DNA of 64,000 nt from Antedon mediterranea (GCF_964355755.1 NC_092676.1:2671788-2735787), one strand, 5' to 3'; positions 25,055-39,153 are shown, counted from the stretch's first letter. The notes: generated by a model from the sequence alone, not told the origin. A program made the numbers and translations.

Positions 25055-25921
25055 CTCTCATTGGAGAGAACTGAGTTTACCTGCTGTCATTTTCCATTGT
25101 TTTAGGATATTTCATGAACTTTTACTATTTTTTGTGTGTAGCACTTGGAAACAATTGTATTAGGCGCTCTCTATATATAAGACAAACATTATTATTGAGC
25201 ATACAGTTAAAGAATTATTTTGTTAAAAATCAAATAAAATGTCTTGAAAATCTTTTCCAATACAATGAAAAAGAATCGTTATTCAACTTAGCTTAGGCAA
25301 TATGCACATAGTGAATACATCCACATGCACTTAGCTAGTGAGGACTTCACAAAAATGTTATAATAAAAACGTAATAAAATTGTTACTTACAGTGCTTTAA
25401 AATGTTTTGAAATGCTAGTTAATGAATATATATCAATAAAAATTGTCTTTTAGCTATAACTTCATAAATATTACCGTGGTCAGTAATGGATTCACTACTA
25501 ATTTTTACTTTAATAAAAAAAAATCTATGAAATATTAAAAGTTGTTATCTTATACTAGTCTAATGACTTTTGAATAATGAATGAAAGATGTAAAATTGAC
25601 AATGACAAAATATATTTAATATAAATTGTCGATTTAAACATGTGATACGCTCTCAGCGGCATGTTGTAAATGATGTTGATACAAGATTTTTTTTCTGTGG
25701 TCTTTAGGTCAATGACTGCACTGTAAGCATAAGGTTGTAGGTTCGAATCATTATTCTTGTCCCTTTTGATTGATTTAATATAAAACTAGAGGTTTAGAAA
25801 GACGACAGCGAAATGAGAAAATTTGAAGTTTGTGTTTGTGGCAGGTATGACTGAGCGGACGTGGAGTTTTAAACTGCCATATCTGGGTTGTGGCGGCAAT
25901 TGTAATTTAGTGTTTCATGGG

Positions 25922-26137
25922 TTTCTTTATTTTTTATTTCATACGCATCCAACAGCGAGTAACTCACCAATTACAGGATGGATAAACTATTTTATAATTT
26001 ATCATACTTATAAACTAAGTCTCATTTGAGGGATTGGAGTTGAAAGAGTTGTGAGTTACAACCCTGGCACAGTTCAGGATTAAACCCTGGACCTTGGGAT
26101 TGGAAGGCAAGCACGTTAACCATCATGCTACAGCTCC
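25922..26137 (-). mobile_element. tRNA(Gly-like)-derived SINE with LINE-type tail
   Basis: Minus strand: GGAGCTGTAGCATGATGG (A box), TGCCTTCCAA, GGTTTAATCC (B box), tail CCTGTAATTGGTGAGTTACTCGCTGTTGGATGCGTATGAAATAAAAAA. Confidence 0.75.
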
Positions 26138-26771
26138 ACTATTGTTTAGTTTGTTATCTAGTACTATTGTAGCATCTTAGCATTACATCTATATTCCTTT
26201 AAAAAATCATAGTTTATATTTCGAGAGGGCTAATATGTATAAATATCTATAACATATTTATTGCATTTATAAATACAGATATTTTTTTTTTTCATGATAA
26301 ATAACAAATATTCTGAAAAAACCGATCTGAAATTTTGAATTATAATTTAGCAACTTTATTCGTTGAATAATTTGAAACAATGATTGAAAGAGGTCTGGAG
26401 TAACAACATGGGACTTGAAGAAAATTAGTTCAACATCCGACAATCAGAGATGGGTAGAACGAAACCTACATTTGATATCATCCAAATTTTATTAGCTATT
26501 TTATTTTAGAATGAATAATAAAGATGATTCAAAAATAATATAAAGTTTATTGAGGGTGAGGAGAACTAAATTAGCATCCTTCTAAGACAATAATACATTA
26601 AAACTGATATTCAATATGAATATAATCATAGAAACTTTTTTTTCCTTTTTGAATTTGATTGGAATTTTCAGGTGTAACTGCTCATCTTTCAAAATAGATA
26701 TTTTCCTTCTAATTTTGTAGGATTCTGGAAATTATAATTGCATATGCTTCTTTCCATATTATCCAATTTTA

Positions 26772-26906
26772 AGCTTTGTCTGCACTATCAAACTAGTTTG
26801 ATGTACCCAAATATGATAGTTACATGCCTAAATATAGTAGTGATGTCCATTTATGGGCACATCACATTTTTGTTGTCACTTGAAGTTTGATAGTGTCGAC
26901 AGAGCT
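26772..26906 (-). mobile_element. Harbinger-like MITE family A
   Basis: TIRs present, TTA/TTA flanks. Confidence 0.85.
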
Positions 26907-27099
26907 TTATGGTTGTGCTGGGTTAATTAAAACTTAAACTAAACTTGTGCCAATTTTATGACTATTGCTTGTGGCGTTTCTGACAACCTCTCGATGCGAT
27001 CTGTTGCTACCAAAAGATGTATTATTTTTTATAATAAAATAAAATTCATATTATACAATGATTAATTAAAGTTATCTATATTTTTTCTGTATTTTTCAG

Positions 27100-27162
27100 A
27101 TAAATGAGGAATTTTTCAGCAAGTTTTTAGGATACGACAACTTCTTACTATCTTCTCAATAG
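27100..27162 (+). other. Candidate 5'UTR exon of SoxD (63 nt)
   Basis: Acceptor ttttttctgtatttttcag, donor TAG|GTAAGA; no transcript evidence. Confidence 0.45.
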
Positions 27163-27172
27163 GTAAGAGATA

Positions 27173-27321
27173 AGTCTACAATATCAAACTTTATGTGACA
27201 AAAAAATGTGCCCATATGGACACGATGATGTCATACCTCTACCATATTTGGGAATATCACTACCATATTTGGCCACATCACATTTTTTTTGTCAAAATTG
27301 TTTGATAGTATAGACAAAGCT
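27173..27321 (+). mobile_element. Harbinger-like MITE family A
   Basis: Left TIR shortened; internal repeats and right TIR present. Confidence 0.85.
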
Positions 27322-27380
27322 TAAGAAATAGGTCTAGATGTTCAATGTAAATTTAAATGGACCAAAAGGAGTTAAGAAAT

Positions 27381-27439
27381 CATGTACATATATGGGCACA
27401 TCACATTTTTAACTAAAGTTTGATAGTGTAGACAGAACT
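27381..27439 (-). mobile_element. Harbinger-like MITE family A, partial
   Basis: CATATATGGGCACATCAC...AAGTTTGATAGTGTAGACAGA. Confidence 0.75.
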
Positions 27440-28055
27440 TTTTAGTTGTTCTAGGTTAAAATTAACTGTGTGCCAATTTTAAGATAGGTCTTATATCTTA
27501 TAAAGTTTATGAAAACTGTTAAAAGGTCCTAAAAACATACTTTGTCTAGTCCTTTGTGAGGCTTTCATTGTACTTTGTATACTGTATTAGGTTTTATTAT
27601 TATGACCCATTTGTTTTTGAGAGCCATTCTCTTTCTTTTTGATGACTCTTTGCCTTAGGAGTTTGTTGCTAAGTAATTCAATCACAGATGTGTGTGGGAG
27701 GAGATCACATACCTCAAACGCACATAAGTTCTCTTGTTTTCATTGGTCTATAAATTGAAATGATGACAGTGCTCGGTTTTTTGTTTGCTGTCACTTTAAG
27801 TTTGAGGAACTTATGGTCCCTGTGTCTCACCCATTGTTCATTGTTTGTGTTCAGAATAAAGAACTGCATATAATAGCAATGACAATAATAAACAAAACAC
27901 AATAATATCTATAGATTTTATTTGTTATGGGGTATACCTGGATATGACCTATAATAATATACTGTATATTTTTTAAGTGTTATTCTATTGTTGAATGGAA
28001 GATTATCTGATAATATTTTCGCGTCTTGACCCTCTACTTCATACTGAAAACTACT

Positions 28056-28239
28056 AATTCCTGTTCACACATAAGCCTTGTTCACACATAAATTCCATTC
28101 ACACATAAGTCCTGTTCACACATAAGTCCTGCTCACACATAAATTCTGTTCACACATTCATACAGTTAGTCCTGTTTACACATAAGTCCTGTTCACCACA
28201 TAAATCCTGTTCACACATGGAAGTCCCGTACACACATAA
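28056..28239. repeat. ~17-19 bp minisatellite (CCTGTTCACACATAAGT)
   Basis: About 10 direct copies. Confidence 0.9.
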
Positions 28240-29398
28240 TGAAGTAAACAAATTAAATCCTAATATTAAATCTTAATATCATCATAAGAATATAATATTG
28301 TTTTTTAAATAATAAAACATAAGAAATTACAGCGTAACAAGTGTATAGATCAAAAACATTTCTCTGTTTATAATTATTGTATACAAATTAAAATGAAATT
28401 TCCTTTCTCTGCAGTAACACAGAAGGTTGATTTTTTTACAGTAATACAATGACAATTTTAATGACATCACATAGGTTATTTATTATTCATAACATATTTG
28501 ACACCTGTCTGTGGTTGATACTTCCTATAAACTATAAATATTGCTCTAGGTTTCTTTGAAATTAATGTCAGCCGAATTACCTTGAGGACCCACAAGTATG
28601 TATCACCGTCATCCTACTCAAATTTTACTACATGGGTATTATAAGGAAACAAACAAAAACATAACCTACAAATGCAGTGGTGACCTCAGATATATTTGGC
28701 ATATTCCCCTTCCATGAGAGCATTAAGGAAATACATTGGACAATCATCCCCACTGAGAAATGGAACAGTCTGCCACAAATGATTGGGGGTAGAGGATAGT
28801 ATAATACATTGTTAAGGGGCGGATGCAGGATTTTTTAAACAGGGGAGCACTATTGTAGAATATTAATAGCATGTCGAAAAGTACTTCATAATTTAATTTT
28901 AGCCGTCAAAAAGGAGAGCGCCCCACAATTTGATCTGCTGTCATTTCAGATTTTTGTTTTCATAAATAATCCATTTCATTAATGTCAAATTGTTCTGTTT
29001 ATTTCCATGCTGTGATAACATGAACTTATTAAGTTTATATCAACCCCTTTTTTTCTCCAAATCCTCATCTCCGATTTCAAGTTCTGTTATCATTTAAAAT
29101 AAAACATCTCAAAAAGCGCAAGAGTATGATTCAAAGGCTATAGAGGGTGCCCTTTTTTAATCATTGGATGGAGGTTTGTTGTCGCACACGTACATATTCA
29201 TGAATAATGAAAACATTTTTCGAAGATTGTGAACATTAACTTAATTAGAGATACTAAATACAAGTGTCATACAACACTACAATTCTCTTTCTGAAACAAA
29301 AAATGAAATTCTCCATCCCTGGTGTATAATTTTGTGGCAACTGTAGAGTGAGCTCACACTGTGTATCTCCTCCGCTTTGCCCCAGATCCATGTACTAT

Positions 29399-29531
29399 CA
29401 GGTGCGAATCCAAGGGGAAGCTGGGGCCCCCTAAATTTTGCAAATTGTATTTTTAAGGTTGTCAAACCTTTCATTTCACCATTTTTAGGCCATGGGGCCC
29501 CACTATTTTAAAAAACCTGGATCTGCCACTG
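29399..29531. mobile_element. hAT-like MITE
   Basis: CAGGTGCGAATCCAAG ... CCTGGATCTGCCACTG termini; ACTAT repeated on both flanks; internal GGGGCCCCC twice. Confidence 0.6.
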
Positions 29532-30267
29532 ACTATTGCACTGCAATCCAAAAGGAGACCATGTGACCTACCCACATGAGCATTAATATTCTTGGTCTTC
29601 CTCTTGGTTTAATAATTATTTATTTATTTGAACAATATACTGTGAATTAGGACATTTCAAGTGGAGTTGATCATTAGGAACAATCAGTAGCAACAGACAA
29701 AGTATGATATACGATACTAGCAATCTGTGATTGATGTAATTTTTAACTGAATGCGTAGTTGCATTTGTAATTTGAATGTACCAACAGATATATAGAACTC
29801 CTGCACATATTCACCCTACTTCCATACCGAACCTGCTTTGAAACATAAATAATTACTTAGACAGAACTAAATATATACAACTTTGATTTATAATTATTAA
29901 TAATTTCATGGGATTTATAACTAACGATTACAAACGACCAAGTTAGATTTAGTTCTACTAGCCGAGTACTACTAGCCCGACCGACGTACATTGTCTAGTA
30001 ATAAACCTCTGTGGGCAAGCTGTGACCATCCTTTGTACTTGGTGGAAATAGTAAAATAAATAGGGTAACTTCTAACCACCAGTGTGGTTCAACAAAATGC
30101 CTGCTCTAGACGATTTGGTATTAGTTTTATTGTTTTTATGGAATTCAATGCACACTGTCTAGCAAAAAATTATCCCATGTACTAATTTTGTGAAAGAAAT
30201 TAATAAAATAATTTAGTAAAGTTTACTAATCCAGTGAGCTAGTCATGTTATATATATTTTTATTTAA

Positions 30268-30367
30268 AGCTCTGTCTACACTATCAAACATTATGTGACA
30301 AAAAAATGATGTCACATCACTACCATATTAGGGCATGTCACACTAGTTTGATAGTGTAAATAGAGCT
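30268..30367 (+). mobile_element. Harbinger-like MITE family A, internally deleted
   Basis: TIRs with TAA/TAA flanks. Confidence 0.85.
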
Positions 30368-31859
30368 TAATTCAAGTCAAGGAAACGATTTAATTTTAAG
30401 ATAAAAATAAACTCGATTAAAAGATATATGGATAAAAAAAAACACATGACAATAAACCTAAGATGGTAAAAATGAATGAGAAAAAACTTGAATATGCTGG
30501 TATAGTACAAATAAAACTCGCAAGCATATTGAGTGGTGATATAAATTGTAGCGATGTCTGCTTATACTATCTACTATGCATTGTGTTTGACTTCCTCTTA
30601 TTAAATATATAACTGAAATGTACAATTGTGTTTTCGAGCTTCGCTGTTGACCTTAGGGAAATATTTTATTTTGCCAGTGCAGCCATTTTAAATGATATGA
30701 CAATATTCCTTGACATCGGAAGTATTACAAAATTAGGTGTTTATGTTATATAGCCAGACATTATAACTGTAATTAATTTTTATTGTCTCCCAAATCCGTA
30801 AATTTTATTAAGTTATATCGGAATGAGCTCGGAAGCAATAATGTATTGTTTAAAATATTTTTAATACAATCGTCTTTTAGACGCAGAGACAGAGATATGT
30901 ATGACATTCAACCTGTTAGTGGCGGTTTCATCGCTGTTGGTTGACAACTGAATAAAGTAAAATAAATAAATAAATACAATTGTATTTCGACTTTTAATAT
31001 TATTACATCATTAGATCGTACAGGAATATATTAATAAACATTTAAAATCATTTATTGTTTTGTAATTGCATCATTTGAAAAAAATTTGCATGAAAATGCC
31101 AGCACGTCTGTCCGTGAAATACTCATGAGAAGAGATATCTGGTTTGAAATTGCGCATGAGGGTATAACCTTGTTCTGTGTTTGATATAATAATGGGATGT
31201 AATTGTCCTAGTAAGCCGGAAATGTAGAAACCTAGTATATGAACATATTATGCGGATGATCCCAGCGGTGATTAATCAGCGAGTGCAATTCATTTGTGCA
31301 TTCTGGCATAATAAAATGGATGTACAAAAAAAACAAAGCCACTAGCATAGGTCAATGTGAGTATTGTGTGCGACACAATGCGGAGTGTCGTCGTGTTTGT
31401 AGTAGTAATAGGAAAACGGCGATGAAGAGGTGAAGATGAAGTCAACCACGGTACCGAATGGACAGACGTGATTCTACCCCTTTCATTTGACAAAATTACG
31501 AGGTAGGTCGTAGGGTTAACAACACATGTCCATCTCAGAGGATTTCTGTCTCTGACAATGTCATATTTATTGTTCTTCGCTGTGTAAATGCTTGCTATTG
31601 TCAATTATCGTAAAACGCTTAAAATGATGTAGATTAAATGTAGCAAATTGTTGCCGTTGTCCAGATCTCTCTGATTTAATTTGTCGCTCATTTTTGTCAT
31701 GAGTCCTCTGATGTTATTTCTGCGAAATTGTTTATTAAGACGTGTCATAAATATTTGAATTTCTTTTCTTTCAATATTTAAAATATTTGTCATTGAAACA
31801 TATTAATAATTTAAATATGAAATCCATGATTTATTTCAAATAAATTATCAGCATTAGCA

Positions 31860-32040
31860 GCATCCATCATTGTCAGCATCATCATAATCATTATCATCAT
31901 GATGATTATCATCATGATGATCATCATCATCATGATCATCATCATCATGATGATCATCATCATCATGATCATCGTCATTGCAATCATCTTTGTTTTCATC
32001 AACATCCTCTTCAATATCATCATGATTATTTTCATTGATG
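31860..32040. repeat. (ATC/ATG)n trinucleotide low-complexity tract
   Basis: Produces the poly-M/I/D/H pseudo-ORFs in the ORF track. Confidence 0.9.
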
Positions 32041-32044
32041 TTTA

Positions 32045-32227
32045 CCAATATTTGACTAAGAATAGTCCAATGAGGCCTAAGTATAACATTTGGAGATAAT
32101 CAGGAGGTGTGAGTATACTCTTTTAGTATTAACAATGGAATTTACCAACATTGCATGGTTGTATTTAAGCCTAAATTAGGGTGGAATTATTATACTTGAG
32201 CATGGGATTATAAATGGTCTTATATGG
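32045..32227. mobile_element. Degenerate Tc2/pogo-like MITE
   Basis: Shares CTAAATTAGGG...AGCATGGGATTATA...GGTC.TATA.GG with 35166-35353. Confidence 0.55.
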
Positions 32228-34944
32228 CAATTTAAAGCAAGGCAAACAGAGCTTATAACCACTATGGTACCATAATTATTACCATAAAATTCAACAGAAC
32301 AATTTTAAACATGGCTTTCTTAACATGCTTTTTATAACCAATGTGTTTAGTTCAATATTCAATTAGCGATTACACTAAACATTTCTGTGTTAGAATGATT
32401 TTTAAATAGCTAAACAGATAGATATATCGGTAACATAATTCATACAGCTTTTGTGCAATTCATAAATATCACAAATCATATATGCGTCGGATTTAAAATA
32501 GTATTTGTACATTTCAGTTGACATAAAGACAATATATGTAAATGTTCTTCTTTTGAATAATGAATGAAAGGAAGAAGAAAGTAAATGAACGGTTGAATGA
32601 ATGTACACATATAAATTCAATATTTTCTTATATTTTTATCATTTTTAATGAAGTTGAAAATTCATAAATTATTACCTTCTGAATATCTTTTTTTTATGCA
32701 CAAACATAATTTTTTCATGTACAGAATTATTAAATATTGATATATAAATAATTAAACATGATTATGAATTTTACAATAATGTCTATAGTACTGCGTGATG
32801 GAGGTTTTACAAGATGTAAAAAAGGAAAATGAAAAAAAAAATTAAATTAATGTGTCTCTATAACAAGGTTATAACAAAATGAAAAAAGAGAAAAAAAAGA
32901 CAAATGCTTATAAATTTTACAATAATAGCACTTTATGCTTTAAGTTTACAAAATGATACAATAAATAGAAATTGAACAAAACATTTCATTTTACAATAAT
33001 ATCTGTATACTTGGTGTATTTACAAGTAAAAGAGAAAAAAAAAAAAAAAAAGTGATTTTATTGAGTTCTATTTTTTCCTTAGTTCCTTTTGTACCGATAA
33101 TAAAAGTATCTGTATACACTGTCGTGCTGAGCAATATTGTTTTAATATTATATAAATTTTTATTATTTTTTTATCTTCTGTTTTTAACAATGCAACCTTG
33201 CTTCAAACAATGCAATATGGTACGGTAATATAAATATATCCACAAATATAAAACAATATTCTTTTGCCTGAAGTGTCTTTTGTTGTTTCTTCCAGTAATT
33301 ATTATGTGTCTTTGTTGGGCAAACAGCCCCAGCAATTTTACCAGCTTCTGACCATAAAACTTTATGAATCTCTTCCTATGACTTAATGCATATTGAAAGG
33401 AGGAACAATGGTTGTAGTTCTTTTGTTATTCATAGGAAGTGGATCTTAAGTGAGCCATTGTCTTCTCTATCCTATGAACTTCCACCTTGGGAGTTTGATT
33501 GGGATCGAAGCGAATACTTGCCGTTATTTATTGTTAAGATGTCCTGTACGGGACCACACTCGGCACTGATCTCTTGCACTTGGATTTTACACAATTTTAT
33601 TCTTGAGTGATTTTTATACTGGCAGTTTTGATCATATAGTTCATAATAGGTTAGTCATTGTTGATATTATAATCATTTTGATAGTGTTATAGACCAACAG
33701 ACAGACTGACAGACAGACTGAAGTTGCCTGCAGTGATAGTAGAGGTAGAAAAAAGCATGTTTAGTATTTAATTTAAATGATATGAGTCTCAGTGGGAAGA
33801 TCCATTCACCTGTAAATTTTGATAAATTAACATATATTTTGCCTATTTAAATATTACATAGGTAAGTTTGTTTATATAATATAAAAAAAATCAATCAGGG
33901 TCATGTCAAGATCATTTATTTTATATGTTAACATTCCGATTCAATTCACACATTAATATTAATAATTTTATTATTTATTATTCTTATGGTATTATTGATA
34001 ATATTTAAAGAAATATTTTGTAATGTTCTATAATTATTATCAAAATCAATCTCTAAATATCCTCACAATAATCTCTTCATAATCCTAAAAATGTATGATT
34101 TTTAAATTAATTTTATTTAAAATATATTATTATATAACTAGGTATTTAATGCTTCCTCACATCCAGATTTCAAACACAGATTTTATAAATTATACAACCA
34201 TTTTGATACAGTATCTGTACTAATATTAATTCTCTATAGACTATTTAAATAAGAATTCATTAAAATATTCTATTGTCCATCGTCCATATTTAACATTCTG
34301 CAATATATTCACTACACTACTACTACTTCAATGTAGATTAAATTCACTACAGATTTTTGTCATTATATTCAGTATAACAATAGTTCTTTTATGTGTGCAT
34401 CTCGCGTTACTGACAGCCTTGCATTGTATTCATGAGAACAATTGATCCGATTGTTGACATCCGTTTCCACCCATTAATTATTATTACAATTATGTACATG
34501 GCAGTTCTTTACTTCTCCCACGCGCGGAGGAAAAATCAATCATGTGTGAGACAGTAATATCGCCCCCCATGTGTGCGTAAATATTCATAATGTACGATAC
34601 TTCGCAGGTGTATAATTATCACGGTTGTTGTCAACATCATCTCGGCGATGACAATCGCAGGATGAGTGTTTAACACAGATACCGTTATGACAATACCGTT
34701 AATATTCAACGACCATCATTGTAATAACATCATATCATCATTATTATTATTGACATTATTTTGCATTATATTGTTGGTGGTGTCAAAGTCGAAAACAGCG
34801 ACGGAGGGTTCTGTTGGAAGTTTAGTATCATTTCAAAATAATTGTCATTAACATTATTAAGTTGGTTTTTTTAGTCTCTAATAATAGTTGTGTTCAGAAT
34901 AAAATCATTTTAATTATCAACCTAATGTTTATTTCAATTCTTTA

Positions 34945-35116
34945 AGCTCTGTCTACACTATCAAACTAGTTTGATGAAAAAGTGTGATGTACCCAAATAT
35001 GGTAGTAATATGCACAAATATGGTAGTAATATGCACAAATATGGTAGTTGTATGCCAAAATATGGTAGTGATATGATATTTTTTGTCACATAAAGTGTGA
35101 TAGTGTAGACAGAGCT
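34945..35116 (-). mobile_element. Harbinger-like MITE family A with 4 internal repeats
   Basis: TIRs; AAATATGGTAGT x4. Confidence 0.9.
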
Positions 35117-35165
35117 TAATATGTTGTTCAAAATTTTGTTTAAGAATATGCTACATTTTGTTTTA

Positions 35166-35353
35166 ACATATGACCGAATATAGTCCCATGGGCCTACAGT
35201 AGGTATGAAACGTGTGAAGGAGGTGGGATTATACTTGGATTGTAATAAAAATAATATTTACTAAAAGTCTTCTGTCTGAACTTATAGGTAGTCTAAATTA
35301 GGGCATGAGACTATACAGTACTCCAGCATGGGATTATACCCGGTCATATACGG
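35166..35353. mobile_element. Tc2/pogo-like MITE
   Basis: Inverted ends ATATGACCGAATATAGTCCCATG / CATGGGATTATACCCGGTCATATACGG. Confidence 0.65.
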
Positions 35354-36704
35354 ATACTGTATTTAGTATAAATACTGAAATAGCATAAAACAGTAAAATC
35401 GGATTGATTAATATCGTAACTTTTAATAATTCTATTACACATTATTAACCCAAATAGCTTATAATAATAATTTAATTGTTTTTCTTGATAGAGGTCAAAG
35501 GTGAGGTTTATAGTCTTGCACTTATCCTTTTGAAATCTTGTATACCTGAATTATTAAGCATGTAGGCTTGCCTCTATCTACCAAATTTAATATTTTTTTC
35601 ATGAAAATATATTTAATTCCTTTTGTAACAAATTTGAATGAAAGAATTATTTTTGAAAATTAGAATATTTTTTTATTTCTGTCATAATTTAAAGACATTA
35701 CATTAATTTTTGACAAAATGAATTATTGACGATAATCTTAAATATTTACAAATTAAATTTCTCTTTGGATTTTTAGTTAGAATGTTATGTCAAAAAGATT
35801 AAATGTTACAGCCTAAGGCTGATGGGTAAAAACCGTCCCCATTCGGTTCGTAGACTAATTACAGGAATGTCTATGTAATTATGAATTATTTTATGATTGT
35901 TTGTTCCCTGTAGTCCCGCATTATTTGACGTCTCATAATTTAAAATAAACAGTAATAGAATTTTTGTATTAGCGCATTAAATTTGTTTCTATTACCGAAG
36001 AATTGTTTGGAAATTGCACAAATATCTTAAGATCTTAACAATTTCGAGATGTATTATACGTTTGTTTCGTATTGAATTGCGTTTGCTTTTAATGGAATAT
36101 GGAAACGCCTCTTCACTATCACATAGAGACGGGTATTCAGGTCGTAGCCGACGGCAGATTTAAAAATTACGATTTGTACTTCCATTTTGTGATTCATGAC
36201 TTGGTTTGTATTTTTCATGACAGTAAAAAGGCAAAAATTAAATACTTTAAGCCAAGTCACATTTTTCTTCTTTTTAATGTCCATAAATTTTATCTTAAAT
36301 CCCGTCCCGATGAGTGTCGTTACTTTTTCCTCGCCCTTTCACAATATCTCTGACATCACTTATTTATTGCAAGCAATGAATGATGCTAATTTTATGCAAT
36401 TTTTAACACATTTATTTTGTGCAAATTTTTTCCTATATGTGTCAATATTGTTAAATTTAATTCTTTGTTTTTGGATTAAACATTAAAATGTCTCGGATTG
36501 GAAAAGGATTTTTAAATTGATAATCATTAAGAAATAATACAATACAATTTATTATATCTTGTATCATGTGAAAATCAGTATGAAAAAAGTAAATATTATT
36601 AAATAATAGTTTATCCAAGCTGACCACAAAAAAATAAATGTTGGGGGGAAATTTTATGTAGAGCAATTATCTAGTTATTATAATGTTTACAGTATGTATA
36701 CATT

Positions 36705-37034
36705 TTTTTAGCAGAATCTTTTTTGATGAACTCCATTTTAGCGGAATCTTTTTTGGTTAACTCCATTTTAGCAGAACCTTTTTTGGTGAACTCCATTTTA
36801 GCAGAATCTATTTCGGTTAACTCCATTTTGGTTAACTCCATTTTAGCAGAACCTTTTTTGGTGAATTCCATTTTAGCAGAACCTTTTTTGAGGAACTCCA
36901 TTTTAGCAGAACCTTTTTGGTGAGCTCCATTTTAGCAAAATCTTTTTTGGTGAACTCCATTTTAGCAGAACCTTTTTTGGTGAACTCCATTTCAGCAAAA
37001 CCTTTTTTTTGTAGAACTCAATTTTAGCAGAACC
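36705..37034. repeat. 30-bp minisatellite (TTTTAGCAGAACCTTTTTTGGTGAACTCCA)
   Basis: About 11 copies; explains ORFs 36671..36901 and 36723..36923. Confidence 0.95.
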
Positions 37035-37587
37035 AGCCAATTTCTAATACAGGAAAATGTTGAGGAAGAATCAAATGAAAATTGTTACAAAGATAATATA
37101 TTTGTTGATGAGTATTGCATAAGCTGGCTTCTCCCCTGTTGTGGTTTTTTTAACTTGCATTGTAAATCAATTAGATTTGGATAAAAGTGTTTTTGTTCAG
37201 ATAAATTCCATCACTTACTACTAGTAATTCTATCAAGGTTAATGCTAAAATAATGTGATGAACATGGTTCGAGGATAGTTTATGTTCAGTGGTGGACAAG
37301 ACATTTTAAGCATGGACTCTTATTTTGACCACACCCAGTTAAGTCAAGAGAAGTGTGAAGATCAGGTCAGAAAATTATAAAATAAATTACTCCTGTATAG
37401 TATTTTTTAGAAATGTTGCAGGCTTAGGCACTATAAATAGAAAAGTATGTGTTGCAGTTTGTAAGAAGGTTGATTTGGGTGTGTTGGATGGGTTAAACAA
37501 ATTATGCAAATGTTACCACAACTGGTGAAGGAATTGGTTATTATTGAGTACTATATATTGATTCTAAGTTGCAACAATTTCATGTTA

Positions 37588-37742
37588 AGCTCTGTCCACA
37601 CTATCAAACTAGTTGGACAAAAAAATGTGCCAAAATATGGTAGTGATATCCTTTAATATGGTAGTGATATGACATCATCATGTCCATATATGGGCACATC
37701 ACATTTTGTTGTCGCATAAAGTTTGATATTGTAGACAGAGCT
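37588..37742 (-). mobile_element. Harbinger-like MITE family A
   Basis: TIRs, TTA/TTA flanks. Confidence 0.9.
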
Positions 37743-39153
37743 TTAGTGTGTAGTACTTATGTGGTTGTTGTGTTACATAGTATACAGAAGTTGTGAAGCG
37801 TAGTTTTTTGTGGAAGTTATACTTCTTGTTCACGGAAGTGATATTTTAAAGGCGTGTTTCAGAGAATTCCTAGGTGTTCTAGTTTTGTAGAAAGTGTTGT
37901 CCATAATACTTGTTGTCGAAAGAATTCAATTTTTACTTGATTGAAAGAAATATATAAATGCAATGTTTGAGAAACATAATATTCATTTTATTACTAGAAT
38001 TCCAATATAGAATAGAACGATTAGTTTTTCTTATTGATAAAAAATGAATTGAAAAGAATAATAATTGGCGTTCTATCAAGGAATTTAAATGCAAATACTC
38101 AAGACTCGCAGGTAATTTTATACACTGTATTGTACTCCTTGTTATACTTAATGCCTCACAATTGCTGAGTACACAACACATGTTCTCCGGTAATTATGAT
38201 ACTAGCGTTCAAGAATATTTAAACAAACAAATGAATGCCTCTAACATAATAACAAACCCATGTTATATATTAAAACCCTAACTAACTTTGCCCTGTGTAC
38301 TGCTTTTACTAAAGTACACTGCTGATATCTCATTACTAGCTTTTGATGAGTGTGTATATCTTGCGCCAAGCTTACAAGGATAAACTTAACAATAGCCTAT
38401 TCTCCTCAAGTTAGATTTTCTTCAAGATAGACATTTGATTGAACTTCCCTATTCAAATAATGGTAAAGTCTGTGAACCACATTCTCAAGTAAGAGAATCC
38501 AAATATACACTAACATTATCATGTCTTTTTTGGATATGAAAGCAAGAGCTTGTAAGATCAAGATCAGAAATATTGGAAGAATATTTAGATAATTTGTGAG
38601 GTTTTTCATTTTTATGTCTACCATAGCTGTACCATAACATAGTTAAAAAGTCAATCTGCATACTTAGAAACATAATGAAGATGCACAAAATGACATTTAG
38701 AATAGCTGCATAGTTTCATAGAAATGAAATGTTGCTAATGTCTGCCATGGAGGAGTATAATAATCAATTAATATCAAGTAAAATATGTTGGGTTTGAAAT
38801 ATGGTATAAGGAGTTTTATGGAAAGGTAGCTTCTTTTATGGTCATAGGCTTAGATGCTTGGTATGCCTTCTAAATACCATCTTAAGCCATTCAAACCATA
38901 TAAAGTAAAAAAAACTTGTTTAGTTGTCACTATGCTTTCTATCATATTCACCTTATGTTAAGTTTTTCAGTATTTTATTATTATAAAGGTCCATGATGTG
39001 CTATCATCAAATCCTCATCCCATGTTATATCATAGAAATTATTTTTAATATAGTGTAACATACTGTATGTGGTTCTGTATCTCGGAATTTGGCTGTAATA
39101 CTGTTATTAATTATATAACATTTGCCTGTTATATTAAGATTCATTCTTTACAG

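Noticed and set aside
28056-28239. CRISPR-like arrays
   Set aside because: All arrays are head-to-tail repeats without unique spacers; eukaryotic context and no cas genes.
31811-32099. Poly-M/I/D/H ORFs (also 42758-43119)
   Set aside because: Trinucleotide microsatellite artefacts.
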